Below are positions 1-9,463 of a stretch of 29,027 bases of DNA, in pieces. The position numbers and the translations under genes were made by a program. Location of the stretch: assembly GCA_021162685.1 (NCBI GenBank), contig JAGGYF010000012.1, positions 1 to 29,027 on the forward strand, written 5' to 3'. The notes beneath the pieces were generated by a model. The model saw only the letters and a program-made list of their open reading frames with translations. It did no database searches and was not told the origin of the DNA. This DNA comes from Candidatus Iainarchaeum sp. GTDB taxonomy: Archaea; B1Sed10-29; WALL01. Each line of letters starts with the position of its first letter. Within the stretch, counting starts at the first letter, position 1.

Positions 1-536
1 CCCCTGAAACCTGCCCAATCCAATGTTACTGAGGCAACTGCTCCTGATTGCGATATAAATGAGATATGCCCCTTTCTTGGCATATTCATCTTATACCATG
101 GCAAGAAGAGCGTGTTTACATGAGTATATGCATCAAATACACCAAGCCCATTTGGTCCCATTACTGGAATCTTATATCTTGTAGCAATGCGCCTACATTC
201 TTCTTCTAGTTTTGTGTTTCCTATTTCAGCAAAACCACTGGCAACAATTACAACTGCTTTAACACCCTTTTTCCCGCATTCTTTTAGTAATGCAGGGCAT
301 GTTGGTGCAGGTGTAGCAAAAACAGCAAGGTCTATTCTTTCTTTGATGTCAAGTACGCTTTTATAACAGGGCACACCCATAACTTTATCATAGTTAGGAT
401 TTACTGGATACACTTTCCCATGAAATGCTTTCACAAAATCTCTGAAAATTGCATGTCCAACCTTGCCTGGTTTTTCTGATGCTCCTATCACTGCTACGGT
501 TCTTGGTTCAAAAAAATAGTTGAGGTTGAATCTCAT
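1..536 (-). CDS. acdA: Acetate-CoA ligase (ADP-forming) alpha subunit, N-terminal part; runs off the window edge
   Basis: Not in the ORF track; translated by hand from ATG 536: MRFNLNYFFEPRTVAVIGASEKPGKVGHAIF...VYPVNP...SGFAEIG...MGPNGLG...ISQSGA, the CoA-binding and ligase motifs of ACD alpha. ATGA overlap with the acdB stop. Confidence 0.93.
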   Translation of the reverse strand, partial: MRFNLNYFFEPRTVAVIGASEKPGKVGHAIFRDFVKAFHGKVYPVNPNYDKVMGVPCYKSVLDIKERIDLAVFATPAPTCPALLKECGKKGVKAVVIVASGFAEIGNTKLEEECRRIATRYKIPVMGPNGLGVFDAYTHVNTLFLPWYKMNMPRKGHISFISQSGAVASVTLDWAGFR

Positions 537-1183
537 CGCTTCACCTCTCTTATCATCCTGACATCAACAACTTTGGCTCCATGTTCATCAACAAATACAG
601 GATTTAAGTCCAGCTCTACTATGTCTTTTCTCTTTGTGTGAAGCTTTGCAATCCTAATAATGATATCTGCGATGGCATCCATATCTACTGGCTTTCTTCC
701 TCTTGCTCCTGCAAGTAATGGGTACCCCCTTATCTCCTTTATCATCTCTTTAGCGTCTTCCTTTGTTATAGGAGTTATCCTCACAGATATGTCCTTTATA
801 ATCTCAACAAAGATTCCTCCAAGGCCAAATATCACAACCTCACCGAATTGTGGATCTATCTTTCCTCCTATAATCACCTCAACACCAGTTGTCTGCTCCT
901 GCACTATAATACCTCTGACGCGTTTTCCCTTTGCCTTTCTCATAAGCTTATTATATGCTGTCTTCAGCGCTTTTTCGTCTTTGACCTCTGTTATCACGAA
1001 CCCTTTATCACTCTTGTGTACAATGTCTGGAGAGTCAATCTTTAAAACAACAGGGTATCCTATTTCGTCTGCAAATCGCAGGGCAGAATTCAACGTTCTA
1101 ACAACCTTTGTTTTGGCTACTGGAATTTTATACTCCTCAAGAAGCTTTATTCCATTAGAAAACGATAACTGTTGCCTTGCCAT
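533..1183 (-). CDS. acdB: Acetate-CoA ligase (ADP-forming) beta subunit, ATP-grasp
   Basis: GYPVVLKIDSPDIVHKSDKG, DPQFG, FGLGGIFVE and ELDLNP motifs. Start placed at ATG 1183 (MARQQ), 22 nt from TTTATAAA at 1206-1213; the ORF-track extension to 1363 overlaps the divergent gene. Confidence 0.93.
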   Translation of the reverse strand: MARQQLSFSNGIKLLEEYKIPVAKTKVVRTLNSALRFADEIGYPVVLKIDSPDIVHKSDKGFVITEVKDEKALKTAYNKLMRKAKGKRVRGIIVQEQTTGVEVIIGGKIDPQFGEVVIFGLGGIFVEIIKDISVRITPITKEDAKEMIKEIRGYPLLAGARGRKPVDMDAIADIIIRIAKLHTKRKDIVELDLNPVFVDEHGAKVVDVRMIREVKR

Positions 1184-1205
1184 ATCTCTGCTTAGGAGCC
1201 TAAGC

Positions 1206-1227
1206 TTTATAAATCTTGCTTTAATAA
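1206..1227. promoter_or_regulatory. TATA-like boxes of the divergent acdB / beta-CASP promoter region
   Basis: Palindromic TTTATAAA at 1206-1213 and TTTAATAA at 1220-1227 lie in the 62-bp divergent gap; spacing to the acdB ATG fits a leaderless transcript. Confidence 0.5.
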
Positions 1228-1245
1228 TAAAAAGAGCTGATTTGT

Positions 1246-2529
1246 ATGGATTTGACATTTTTGGGTTCTGCAAGGGAAGTTGGTAGAAGTGCAATTCTGA
1301 TGGAAACAAAAAAGAGTAAGGTATTGCTTGACTATGGCGTAAAGTTAAATGAAGAGTTATCACAGTTGCCTTTGCCTGTACATGGCTTTGTTGACTCTGT
1401 TGTATTGAGCCACGCGCATCTTGACCATTCGGGTGCTATACCTTACCTCTTTAAAGCAACTGAACCAACAGTGTATGCAACACCCTCTACTATTGAGGTT
1501 TCAAAAGTACTCCTAGAGGATTCTATGAAGATTGCAGATTCGCGTGGGCAAGATTGTTTTACTCGTTCTGATTACAAAAGGATGCTTAGGAATATAGAAC
1601 TTGTTCCATATCATGTAGAAACACAAGTAACAGATAACATTTCATTTTCCTTTTCTGATGCAGGCCATATACTCGGAGCAGCAATAACGCGGTTGCACAT
1701 AAATGATAAAAAAGAGATAGATATGGTGTACTCTGGTGATTTTAAGGACACAGATACAAGAATGCATAAGGGAGCGAAGATGCCCAGCAAAGCAGATGTC
1801 TTAATAGTGGAATCAACATACGGTGATAGAGAACATCCAGATAGAAAAAAGTTAGAGAAGGAATTTGTAGAGGAGATAAGGTCAGTTATTGATGTTGGTG
1901 GAACAGTCTTATTGCCATGTTTTGCTGTTGGTAGAACTCAGGAGATAGTAACTCTGCTGTATGCCAACAGATTAGAGTGCCCTGTTTATATGGATGGTAT
2001 GGGAAGTGCAATAAGTGAGATATATCTTGAGCATGCAGAACTCCTGAGGGACTATGAAGAATTTTATCATGCAATGAAATGGGTGAACTGGATAACGGAT
2101 AGGAAACAGAGGGAGAAGGTATTTGATGAACCCTCAGTAATTGTGTCAACAGCAGGGATGCTTACAGGCGGTCCAGCAGTTGGGTATATACCAGAACTTA
2201 GGACCATAAAGAATGCAGCAATATTCTTTACTGGGTTTCAGGTTCCAGGAACCCCTGGTAATAGATTACTCAACGAGAAAGTGTTTGATTACGAAGGGTT
2301 TGCAATGGATTTCAGAGGATTTAATATAAAATGGTTTGATTTTAGTGCACATACTGATAAGAATGGCATTCATAAATTTATCAAAGCAGTTGATCCACAA
2401 CTTGTACTTATAAACCATGGTGAACCTGAGCAAAGTGAGGCATTGCGTAAATGGGTTGAGGAAGAGATAGGTTGTTATGTCTTTACCCCAACATTAAGAG
2501 AGAAGTTTGGATTGGAGGATTTTGTTTGA
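1246..2529 (+). CDS. MBL-fold beta-CASP ribonuclease (CPSF-like, without N-terminal KH domains)
   Basis: HAHLDH, AGHILG, YSGD, ESTYG, FAVGRTQE, FSAHTD and NHGE motifs. At 427 aa it lacks the KH extension of aCPSF1/FttA. Confidence 0.9.
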   Translation: MDLTFLGSAREVGRSAILMETKKSKVLLDYGVKLNEELSQLPLPVHGFVDSVVLSHAHLDHSGAIPYLFKATEPTVYATPSTIEVSKVLLEDSMKIADSRGQDCFTRSDYKRMLRNIELVPYHVETQVTDNISFSFSDAGHILGAAITRLHINDKKEIDMVYSGDFKDTDTRMHKGAKMPSKADVLIVESTYGDREHPDRKKLEKEFVEEIRSVIDVGGTVLLPCFAVGRTQEIVTLLYANRLECPVYMDGMGSAISEIYLEHAELLRDYEEFYHAMKWVNWITDRKQREKVFDEPSVIVSTAGMLTGGPAVGYIPELRTIKNAAIFFTGFQVPGTPGNRLLNEKVFDYEGFAMDFRGFNIKWFDFSAHTDKNGIHKFIKAVDPQLVLINHGEPEQSEALRKWVEEEIGCYVFTPTLREKFGLEDFV

Positions 2530-3236
2530 ATTCGCGTTTTTGTCCTAAGTGCGGTAAAGAGGCAAAGCATTTCATACACGGTTTTTGTATTGATTGCTAT
2601 CTTGAAGACCATCCAGAACTTGTGTATATTCCTGATAGGATAGAGGTTGATTCATGCACTCAATGTTTACGTATTCGTGTTAAAGGCAAATGGATATCTG
2701 GAAGGGAAGAAAATATAAAAGAGCTTATAACAAGCAAGATAAAAACAGACATCAGCAGCCCAGATATTTCAATTTCTTTTCATGATGAAACACCGAAGGG
2801 CGCAATCTATCGTGTGGATGTCAGGGGGAAGATTGAGGGAGAGCCAGTAGAGTATGAAAAATATGTTGAGATAGTATACAACAGGAAAGTGTGTGATATA
2901 TGCGCAAAGAAGGGGAGCACATATTATGAAGCGCTTGTGCAACTCAGACCAAAATCCAAAGAAGTAGACATAAAGAGGATGAGAGAAGCGTTTAGATTTT
3001 TAAGGAATGAAAACAGAGCGATCATAGCTGAGGACAGGAAGGCAGAGATATTCAGATTTGAGAACGCAAAAAATGGTATAGACATCTTTTTTGGCTCTCA
3101 GAGAGCAGCAAAGATTGCACTTCAACGCCTTTCTCAAAAGTATGATGTCAGTATAAAAGAAACATATACCCTGGTTGGCATTGATAAAAAAACGGGCAAG
3201 AGAAGATATACTGTAACATATAGTGTTAGGCTTTGA
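2526..3236 (+). CDS. nmd3: NMD3-family ribosome biogenesis protein
   Basis: FCPKCG, FCIDC, CTQC and CDIC Zn knuckles, YYEALVQLR, and C-terminal TLVGIDKKTGKRRYTVTYSVRL. TTG start overlaps the upstream stop (TTGA). Confidence 0.85.
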   Translation: MNSRFCPKCGKEAKHFIHGFCIDCYLEDHPELVYIPDRIEVDSCTQCLRIRVKGKWISGREENIKELITSKIKTDISSPDISISFHDETPKGAIYRVDVRGKIEGEPVEYEKYVEIVYNRKVCDICAKKGSTYYEALVQLRPKSKEVDIKRMREAFRFLRNENRAIIAEDRKAEIFRFENAKNGIDIFFGSQRAAKIALQRLSQKYDVSIKETYTLVGIDKKTGKRRYTVTYSVRL

Positions 3237-3636
3237 TAGGTGCAAACTTAAACCCATAGTGTATGATTCCGGTTTCTCCATCTTCTGATACCCTTCTGAA
3301 ATGCATCTCTACTGGCATTCCTATTGCTATCTCATTTGGTTCTGCATCTACTATCTGAGCTGTTATTTTGGGTCCTTCATCAAGTTCTACAATTGCGAGT
3401 ATGTATGGTGCATACCTCTCAAAGCCTTCCAGAGGAACATGCACAACAGTGTAGGTGTAAACCTTCCCTTTCCCACTGAGTGTTGCTTTTTCTATTCTCC
3501 CCTTTCTTCTGCAGTCTGGACAGAAGCTTCTTGGAGGGAAAAAGTATCTTCCACATGTTGCGCACCTTGTACCTTCTAATCTGTACCTTTCTGGTATTCT
3601 TCTCCATATCATACTCAAACTTTTTCTATGTGGCAT
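3226..3636 (-). CDS. DUF35 Zn-ribbon/OB-fold protein (scaffold of the thiolase/HMG-CoA synthase complex)
   Basis: CATC..FPPRSFCPDC Zn ribbon, GKVYTYTVV and YGFKFAP; directly downstream of the thiolase. Start at ATG 3636 after a GGTGA Shine-Dalgarno (SD). Confidence 0.92.
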   Translation of the reverse strand: MPHRKSLSMIWRRIPERYRLEGTRCATCGRYFFPPRSFCPDCRRKGRIEKATLSGKGKVYTYTVVHVPLEGFERYAPYILAIVELDEGPKITAQIVDAEPNEIAIGMPVEMHFRRVSEDGETGIIHYGFKFAPIKA

Positions 3637-3640
3637 AATA

Positions 3641-4798
3641 TCACCTAGAGAATATATGCACAACAGCTGTTGCACCACTACCTCCAACATTGTGTGTTAG
3701 CCCAATTTCTGCTTTATCAACCTGCCTTGGTCCACACTCCCCCCGTAATTGCATTGTTATCTCAACAGCTTGTTTCACTCCTGTAGCACCAACAGGATGA
3801 CCACATGCTTTTAGTCCGCCAGATGTGTTAACTGAAATATCAGAGTTGAGGTCAAACATACCTTCTTCTTCTGCTTTTCCACCTTCCCCTTTTTTCACAA
3901 ATCCTAAATCCTCAACAGCACATATCTCTGCGATCGTAAAGCAATCATGCACCTCAGCGACATTAATATCGCTTGGCTTAACATTCGCCTGTTTCATTGC
4001 CTTTTTTCTTGCGACAACTGTTGCATTTAGCGTACAGATATCCTTTCTATCATGCAAAGCCAATGTGTCTGATGCTTGGCCGCTCCCAATTATCCATACT
4101 GGTGTGTCTGTGAATTTCCTTGCGACTTTTTCAGATGCTAAAATAACAGCAGCAGCACCATCTGTTATCGGAGAGCAGTCCAAAAGTTTTAGTGGCTCTG
4201 CAATCTTATTTGAACTTAAAACCTTATCAATAGTTATCTCAAATGGAAACTGGGCCAAAGGGTTTTTTGATGCATTCGCATGATTTTTAACAGCAACTCT
4301 TGCCATCTGTTCCTCTGTAGTTCCATACTCCTCCATGTGTCTTCTGGCTATAAGTGCATATAGTGTTGGAAATGTCGCTCCTTGAAATACCTCCCACTCC
4401 TGGTCAGCAGCACCACCCAATGTTATTGCTGCCTGTTCTGAAAATACGTCCGTCATCTTCTCCACGCCACCCGCCACCACAATATCGTAGTGGCCACCAG
4501 CAACTGCTAGATAGGCCTCTCTAAGTGCTAAACCCCCAGATGCACATGCTCCTTCTACTCTTGTGCTTGGTATAGGATTCAATCCAACAGCATCAGCAAT
4601 CAATGCACCAACATGTTCTTGACCAACAAACCTCCCTGCGCTCATTGTCCCTCCATATATTGCTTCAATATCCTTTCCTGTTATGCCAGCATCATTAACT
4701 GCCTTTGTTGCTGCTTCTGCCATTATCTCTCTAAATCCCATATCCCAATGTTCTCCAAACTTGGACATACCGACTCCAATGACTGCGACTCTATTCAT
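3641..4798 (-). CDS. Archaeal acetoacetyl-CoA thiolase
   Basis: EGACASGG (catalytic Cys), [10 protein letters not shown] and GHPVGATG motifs; in the HMG-CoA synthase/DUF35 cluster. Confidence 0.95.
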   Translation of the reverse strand: MNRVAVIGVGMSKFGEHWDMGFREIMAEAATKAVNDAGITGKDIEAIYGGTMSAGRFVGQEHVGALIADAVGLNPIPSTRVEGACASGGLALREAYLAVAGGHYDIVVAGGVEKMTDVFSEQAAITLGGAADQEWEVFQGATFPTLYALIARRHMEEYGTTEEQMARVAVKNHANASKNPLAQFPFEITIDKVLSSNKIAEPLKLLDCSPITDGAAAVILASEKVARKFTDTPVWIIGSGQASDTLALHDRKDICTLNATVVARKKAMKQANVKPSDINVAEVHDCFTIAEICAVEDLGFVKKGEGGKAEEEGMFDLNSDISVNTSGGLKACGHPVGATGVKQAVEITMQLRGECGPRQVDKAEIGLTHNVGGSGATAVVHIFSR

Positions 4799-5307
4799 GA
4801 TATCACCACTATATCAGATTTCATTCCTCTAAACCACTTGTAAAACTCTATAAAATAGCGTGTAAATATCTCAGGTCTCTCTCTCACTAGTTTATCCAGT
4901 TCATAAATCCCAAACCATTTTGTTTCAGATACCTCCTCAGATAAAAGCTTAGGTTTTGTTTCTGTTTTTCCTTTGTAAACCTTTGTGACCATGTAATCAT
5001 TTGGACCATAATCCATTTTAAGATGAACTATTTCCTCAAGGTTTGCGTTTATTCCAAGTTCTTCTCTCAGACCTCTTCTTGCAGCTTGCTCATAACTCTC
5101 TCCAGGCTTGACGTGTTCAGATATAGAAAAATCCCAGCACCCAGGAAATGTATCCTTTGTGTTGCTCCTTCTTTGTAGTAAAATCTTTTCTTTATTGAAC
5201 AGCAAGACATGTACACCCCTGTGCCATATCTGCTTGCTATGCACCTTTTCTCTATCTTCTATTCCTATGACATCATCCTTTTCATCAACTACAACACATT
5301 TTTCCAT
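4795..5307 (-). CDS. Nudix-fold protein, IDI-1/YfcD-like
   Basis: [11 protein letters not shown]...VH...[11 protein letters not shown]...LLQRRS..K..FPGCWD...H..PGE....[12 protein letters not shown]. The IDI-1 catalytic Cys and ExE motif are not evident. Confidence 0.8.
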   Translation of the reverse strand: MEKCVVVDEKDDVIGIEDREKVHSKQIWHRGVHVLLFNKEKILLQRRSNTKDTFPGCWDFSISEHVKPGESYEQAARRGLREELGINANLEEIVHLKMDYGPNDYMVTKVYKGKTETKPKLLSEEVSETKWFGIYELDKLVRERPEIFTRYFIEFYKWFRGMKSDIVVIS

Positions 5308-5315
5308 AGCTACAC

Positions 5316-6353
5316 CTACATCTTTATCTTCTTCCTATGCTTCACGTATTCTCCATAGCTCAAATATTTTTTCCTTTCCATGTAATACCTTACAGGAGTA
5401 ATCCTCTTGCGTTTTTTCTCAATCTCTTTTGTCACTGTGATAGCAAAGCTGTCACTTCCAGCGCCAGAACCAAAACTTGTAGCCAAAATCCTTTCTCCTG
5501 GTTGTGCAACATCTAGTACAGCAGCTAACCCAAGTAATGTTGCGCCCGAGTAAGTGTTCCCTATCCATGGTGTCAGCAGCCCAGTCTCAATCTTCTCTTT
5601 TGGAATACCTAACTTCTTTGCAGCACGCATGGGAAATTTTCCATTGGGTTGATGGAAGACAAAATAATCATAATCTTCAACAACAGTTTTTGTTTTCTCC
5701 AATAGGCCTTTTGTTGCCATAATCACATGCTTAAAATATGCAGGCTCTCCAGTAAATCTTGCACCATGTCTTGGATATTCTTGACCTTCTCTTCTCCAAA
5801 AATCTGGCGTATCAGTTGTATAGGAATATGTTTCATCAATAGTTGCAACAACATCATTATTTCCAATAATGAATGCAGCACCGCCTGCTGCTGCAGTGTA
5901 TTCTAATGCATCACCCGGTCTTCCTTGTGAGGTATCTGCACCTATGGCTAAACCGTATCTAATCATGCCTGCTTTTACCAGCCCCATACATGTTTGTATC
6001 GCAGCAGTTCCTGCTTTACATGCAAACTCATAATCTGCAGATGTCATTTTAGGTGTTGCGTGTATTGCTTCTCCAACTACTGTAGATGTGGGTTTTACAG
6101 CATAAGGGTGTGATTCAGAGCCAGTATAAACCGCCCCAATATCCTCTGCCTCTATCCCTGCATGTTTCAGCGCATTCCTCGCAGCTTCAACAGAAATCGT
6201 GATTGTGTCCTCATCCAATGCAGGCACACTCTTTTCATATATGCCCAATCCTCTCTTTATTGTTTCAGGCTCTTTTCCCCAAATCTTTGCTATTTCTTCA
6301 ACTTTTATCCGGTATTGCGGTATATAAGCCCCATATCCAACTATTCCAACCAT
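5316..6353 (-). CDS. mvaS: Hydroxymethylglutaryl-CoA synthase (archaeal type)
   Basis: [29 protein letters not shown] (catalytic Cys), [15 protein letters not shown] and SFGSGAGSD motifs. Confidence 0.96.
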   Translation of the reverse strand: MVGIVGYGAYIPQYRIKVEEIAKIWGKEPETIKRGLGIYEKSVPALDEDTITISVEAARNALKHAGIEAEDIGAVYTGSESHPYAVKPTSTVVGEAIHATPKMTSADYEFACKAGTAAIQTCMGLVKAGMIRYGLAIGADTSQGRPGDALEYTAAAGGAAFIIGNNDVVATIDETYSYTTDTPDFWRREGQEYPRHGARFTGEPAYFKHVIMATKGLLEKTKTVVEDYDYFVFHQPNGKFPMRAAKKLGIPKEKIETGLLTPWIGNTYSGATLLGLAAVLDVAQPGERILATSFGSGAGSDSFAITVTKEIEKKRKRITPVRYYMERKKYLSYGEYVKHRKKIKM

Positions 6354-6363
6354 CAAGACACCT

Positions 6364-6443
6364 ACGTCAATTGCCTAATGCAGTATTACTTATTGACTAA
6401 TTAGAGCAATGCACTTAATAAACCTTCTCACGACAATTGTTGT
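6364..6443 (-). promoter_or_regulatory. HMG-CoA synthase operon promoter with two candidate operator sites
   Basis: Minus strand reads GAGAAGG-TTTATTAA (BRE/TATA-like; TATA at 6415-6422). It is flanked by ACGACAATTGTTGT (6430-6443, 12/14 palindromic) and ACGTCAATTGCCTA (6364-6377). Confidence 0.5.
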
Positions 6444-6447
6444 TTTT

Positions 6448-7128
6448 TTACTCATAAGAAGATAGGACATCCTTTATCTTGTCAAGGTCCATGGTTGTTA
6501 GAACAATAGGTATCTTTTCAACCTCTGATATCTTTTTTGCTATAGGGTCATCCATCTTTTCAAGCCCATGATACACAACCAATGAGGGCTTAAACTTTGT
6601 CACCCTTATAGCAACCATGGGGCTTCTCCCAATTCCTACTTTTGTGAATATTAACACCCTGTTTGTTGTTGGGCCGTATATCTTCGGAAATTCATCAACA
6701 GGAAGTTCAAGAATTGCCCTTAATGAATCAACAATAGTATACCCATTGACTTTCATTTCATTTATTTTTCTTTTGTTCGTTATTATTCTCCCATTTATTT
6801 TTTCACATATCTCCTTTGCAGAAACAGGTGCAGGGAATTCATGCGTCTCAAATACCTCTGTTTTCTTTTCTTCCATCCTCTTCAATATTTTCCCACCACG
6901 TTTCATGTCAATTTCTATGAGTGCGTTTATGAACCGTTTTATCACGTTAATACCAGGGCTTTTCCTCCTATTGCTTTCGTAGTCAGAAACAGTAGAAGGC
7001 GTGATTTTTAGGTGCTCTGCAAGTTCTGTTTGAGTGACACCAAAGATTTCTCTCCACTTCTTCATTGCTGCTCCTGGGTTTTTTGCTAGTGTTATTTCCC
7101 CAGCGATTTGTTGCCTTATTGTATCCAT
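6448..7128 (-). CDS. XRE/Cro-type HTH transcriptional regulator (COG1709-like)
   Basis: IAGEITL..PGAAMKKWREIFGVTQTELA...PSTVSDYESNRRKSPG HTH, plus C-terminal GYTIVDS and GRSPMVAIRV motifs. This family commonly neighbours archaeal HMG-CoA synthase. Confidence 0.9.
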   Translation of the reverse strand: MDTIRQQIAGEITLAKNPGAAMKKWREIFGVTQTELAEHLKITPSTVSDYESNRRKSPGINVIKRFINALIEIDMKRGGKILKRMEEKKTEVFETHEFPAPVSAKEICEKINGRIITNKRKINEMKVNGYTIVDSLRAILELPVDEFPKIYGPTTNRVLIFTKVGIGRSPMVAIRVTKFKPSLVVYHGLEKMDDPIAKKISEVEKIPIVLTTMDLDKIKDVLSSYE

Positions 7129-7185
7129 GTTATACCTTTTTGTGTGATGATTTAAATAATTATCGTATTTTTATTCGTCTATTGT

Positions 7186-7677
7186 CTACCCAGTTTCGTT
7201 TGTTTCATTCGGCTTCTCAAGGATTGTTATATTCAACATTTTTGTGGATGCTGTGGCATCACTCGCTGTTGTCACTGCTGCTACTGAATGCTCCCCTACC
7301 TTTGCATTGTCCCTTATCCTACAATCTATCTGGTACTGCCGTGTTTTTAGGGGTAGAAGGGCATCAACGTTTAGTTCGTTACCTTCAACATATCCATCTG
7401 TTGCAATCATAACAGTTATGTTCTTTATTGTTCTCAATCCGTTATTACTCAATGTTACATTTACAGTCCAGTTCTCCCCTTGGTATACTTGATTGAAGTA
7501 CTCAAACTCAACATCAAGTTCGCCTGCTGGTAGGGTTGCAGGTTCTGGTGCAAATGATGGAAGGAGTTGCCACAATGCAACAATAACAGCCAAACTGAAT
7601 ATAACAATAGCAGCAATAGCATTTATATTCAGAACAGTTCGCTTTCCTATGGATATCATCTCCACAACAATCACCAT
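7186..7677 (-). CDS. Membrane-anchored protein with an Ig-like (CARDB-like) domain
   Basis: N-terminal hydrophobic helix (IAAIVIFSLAVIVALWQLL) followed by a beta-rich domain (VNVTLSNNG...NITV) with several N-x-S/T sequons. Alternative start at ATG 7659. Confidence 0.65.
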   Translation of the reverse strand: MVIVVEMISIGKRTVLNINAIAAIVIFSLAVIVALWQLLPSFAPEPATLPAGELDVEFEYFNQVYQGENWTVNVTLSNNGLRTIKNITVMIATDGYVEGNELNVDALLPLKTRQYQIDCRIRDNAKVGEHSVAAVTTASDATASTKMLNITILEKPNETNETG

Positions 7678-7732
7678 TGCATTTAAATACTGGTAATCAC
7701 TTATACTACAAAAATATAAAAAGGTGTCAGTT

Positions 7733-8383
7733 ATGCCTCAGCCGAAGATACTGAAAATTGTCCTGGACATGAGGGCAGATGGACTCTCTGATAAGGAGAT
7801 CATAGAAAATCTGCGCCAGTTGGGTTTAACCGATGAACAGATAAAGAAGATAATGGAACTTGCTGACCAGGACGTTTATTCAAAGTTTAAGAGAGAGATG
7901 AGCAAGTTCGTTGAGGATAAGATTGCAAAGAGCACAGACCTCATAAATAAGATGGTTGACCAGGCAATTGAGAAGCGGCTTGACACCATAAAAAAGGAGA
8001 TAACATCCGATACAGAGAGAATGATTGGCCAGTTTGCAAAGGCAGTTAACGAAAAAAGCAATGATATGGCACTTGCAGTTAAGAAGATAAGGGAGGAGAA
8101 TCTGAAGCTCACAGAAGAGACAAAACTTATGCGTGCGGATATTGACCTATTACTTGCAGGACCATCAAAGATGAGACTTATGCTATCTCTAATCTTTCTT
8201 GGGTTAGGCATCATCGTTCTTGCATATAGCATCTTCTTTGTTACCCCGCAGGTTATCTCTCTTGATTTTGCAAAACTTACTGATGGAGTAATACTAATGG
8301 TTACTGGTGCGATGTATATCATAGCATCAATTGTTTTTGTAACAGTTGGTGTTTATTTCAGCGGAAGACCAGGCCGCCAGTGA
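7733..8383 (+). CDS. Hypothetical membrane protein: helical N-domain, coiled coil, two C-terminal TM helices
   Basis: ATG after an AGGTG SD; charged heptad-like middle region; two hydrophobic C-terminal segments. Confidence 0.75.
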   Translation: MPQPKILKIVLDMRADGLSDKEIIENLRQLGLTDEQIKKIMELADQDVYSKFKREMSKFVEDKIAKSTDLINKMVDQAIEKRLDTIKKEITSDTERMIGQFAKAVNEKSNDMALAVKKIREENLKLTEETKLMRADIDLLLAGPSKMRLMLSLIFLGLGIIVLAYSIFFVTPQVISLDFAKLTDGVILMVTGAMYIIASIVFVTVGVYFSGRPGRQ

Positions 8384-8387
8384 TGCC

Positions 8388-8933
8388 ATGATCATAAAAC
8401 TCTCCAGGAAGACATTCTGGCGTGCTATTTCTGAGGCAGAAAGACAGATAGAGAGAGGCAACCTTATTGTTTATCCAACAGACACTCTGTATGGACTTGG
8501 CGCAAAGGCAACATCAGATAAAGCAGTTAGGCGTGTCTATGAGGTGAAAGGGAGAGAAGAAAAAAAGCCAATATCTGTCATGGTTTCAGACATTGACATG
8601 CTGGAAAGATACGCATACCTCTCCAAGCATGAGAAAGAGGTAGCAAGCAGCATTTTTCCAGGCCCATATACACTCCTCCTAAAGCCAAAACGTTTATCCC
8701 GTTATCTATCCAAAACAGGAAGAGTTGGTTTTAGGATACCAGATAATCGCTTTTGCATTGAGTTAAGTAGAAGAGCAGGACCCATCACATCAACGTCTGC
8801 CAACCTCTCTGGAAGAAAGGCATATTCTATACGTGGAATAATGAAACAGTTAGGGGATAAAATCTCACTGTACATTGACTCGGGCATATTGGGAAAGAAG
8901 CGCTCAACACTCATAGACCCTCTACAATATTAA
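8388..8933 (+). CDS. tsaC: L-threonylcarbamoyladenylate synthase (TsaC/YrdC domain only), C-terminus unusually short
   Basis: YPTDTLYGL, KGR...KP, PGPYTLLL, GFRIP and STSANLSG motifs; ends at STLIDPLQY. Confidence 0.88.
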   Translation: MIIKLSRKTFWRAISEAERQIERGNLIVYPTDTLYGLGAKATSDKAVRRVYEVKGREEKKPISVMVSDIDMLERYAYLSKHEKEVASSIFPGPYTLLLKPKRLSRYLSKTGRVGFRIPDNRFCIELSRRAGPITSTSANLSGRKAYSIRGIMKQLGDKISLYIDSGILGKKRSTLIDPLQY

Positions 8934-8959
8934 TAAAACAAAATTCAAAAACATAACCT

Positions 8960-9463
8960 ATGCTATATGAGCCACACGAGGATTCATTTTTACTTGCAGA
9001 ACAAGTAAGGAGATTTGCAAAAGGAAAGGTTTTAGATATGGGAACAGGGACAGGAATACTCGCCAGAGTCGCAAAAGAGGCTGGAGCAGAAGTAGTAACA
9101 GCAGATATAAATCCAGAAGCAAAGCAGGATGAATTTATGTTCATTCAGAGCGATCTCTTTGAGAAAATATCTGGTAGGTTTGACCTCATAGTGTTTAATC
9201 CCCCCTATCTACCAAATGATGAAGAATTTTTTGATATTGCTCTTCATGGTGGTGAGACAGGAAGGGAGACACTTGATAGGTTTTTGGAACAGGCGAGAAA
9301 TCATCTGAAAAAGGGAGGCAGCATACTCTTTGTTCAGAGTAGCATAACAGACATTAAAAAAACACAAGATAAATTAAAACAATTGAGATATTCATATGAG
9401 ATATTATCAAAAAAACACCTTTTTATGGAGGAATTGGTGGTGTTTAGGGCATGGCTTCAGTAG
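8960..9463 (+). CDS. mtq2: HemK2/Mtq2-type SAM-dependent methyltransferase (release-factor glutamine methylase family)
   Basis: YEPHEDSFLL, LDMGTGTG, FNPPYLP and GGETGR motifs. Confidence 0.88.
   Translation: MLYEPHEDSFLLAEQVRRFAKGKVLDMGTGTGILARVAKEAGAEVVTADINPEAKQDEFMFIQSDLFEKISGRFDLIVFNPPYLPNDEEFFDIALHGGETGRETLDRFLEQARNHLKKGGSILFVQSSITDIKKTQDKLKQLRYSYEILSKKHLFMEELVVFRAWLQ

Noticed and set aside
1184-1363. ORF-track N-terminal extension of acdB
   Set aside because: It overlaps the divergent beta-CASP gene and promoter; family similarity starts at MARQQ.
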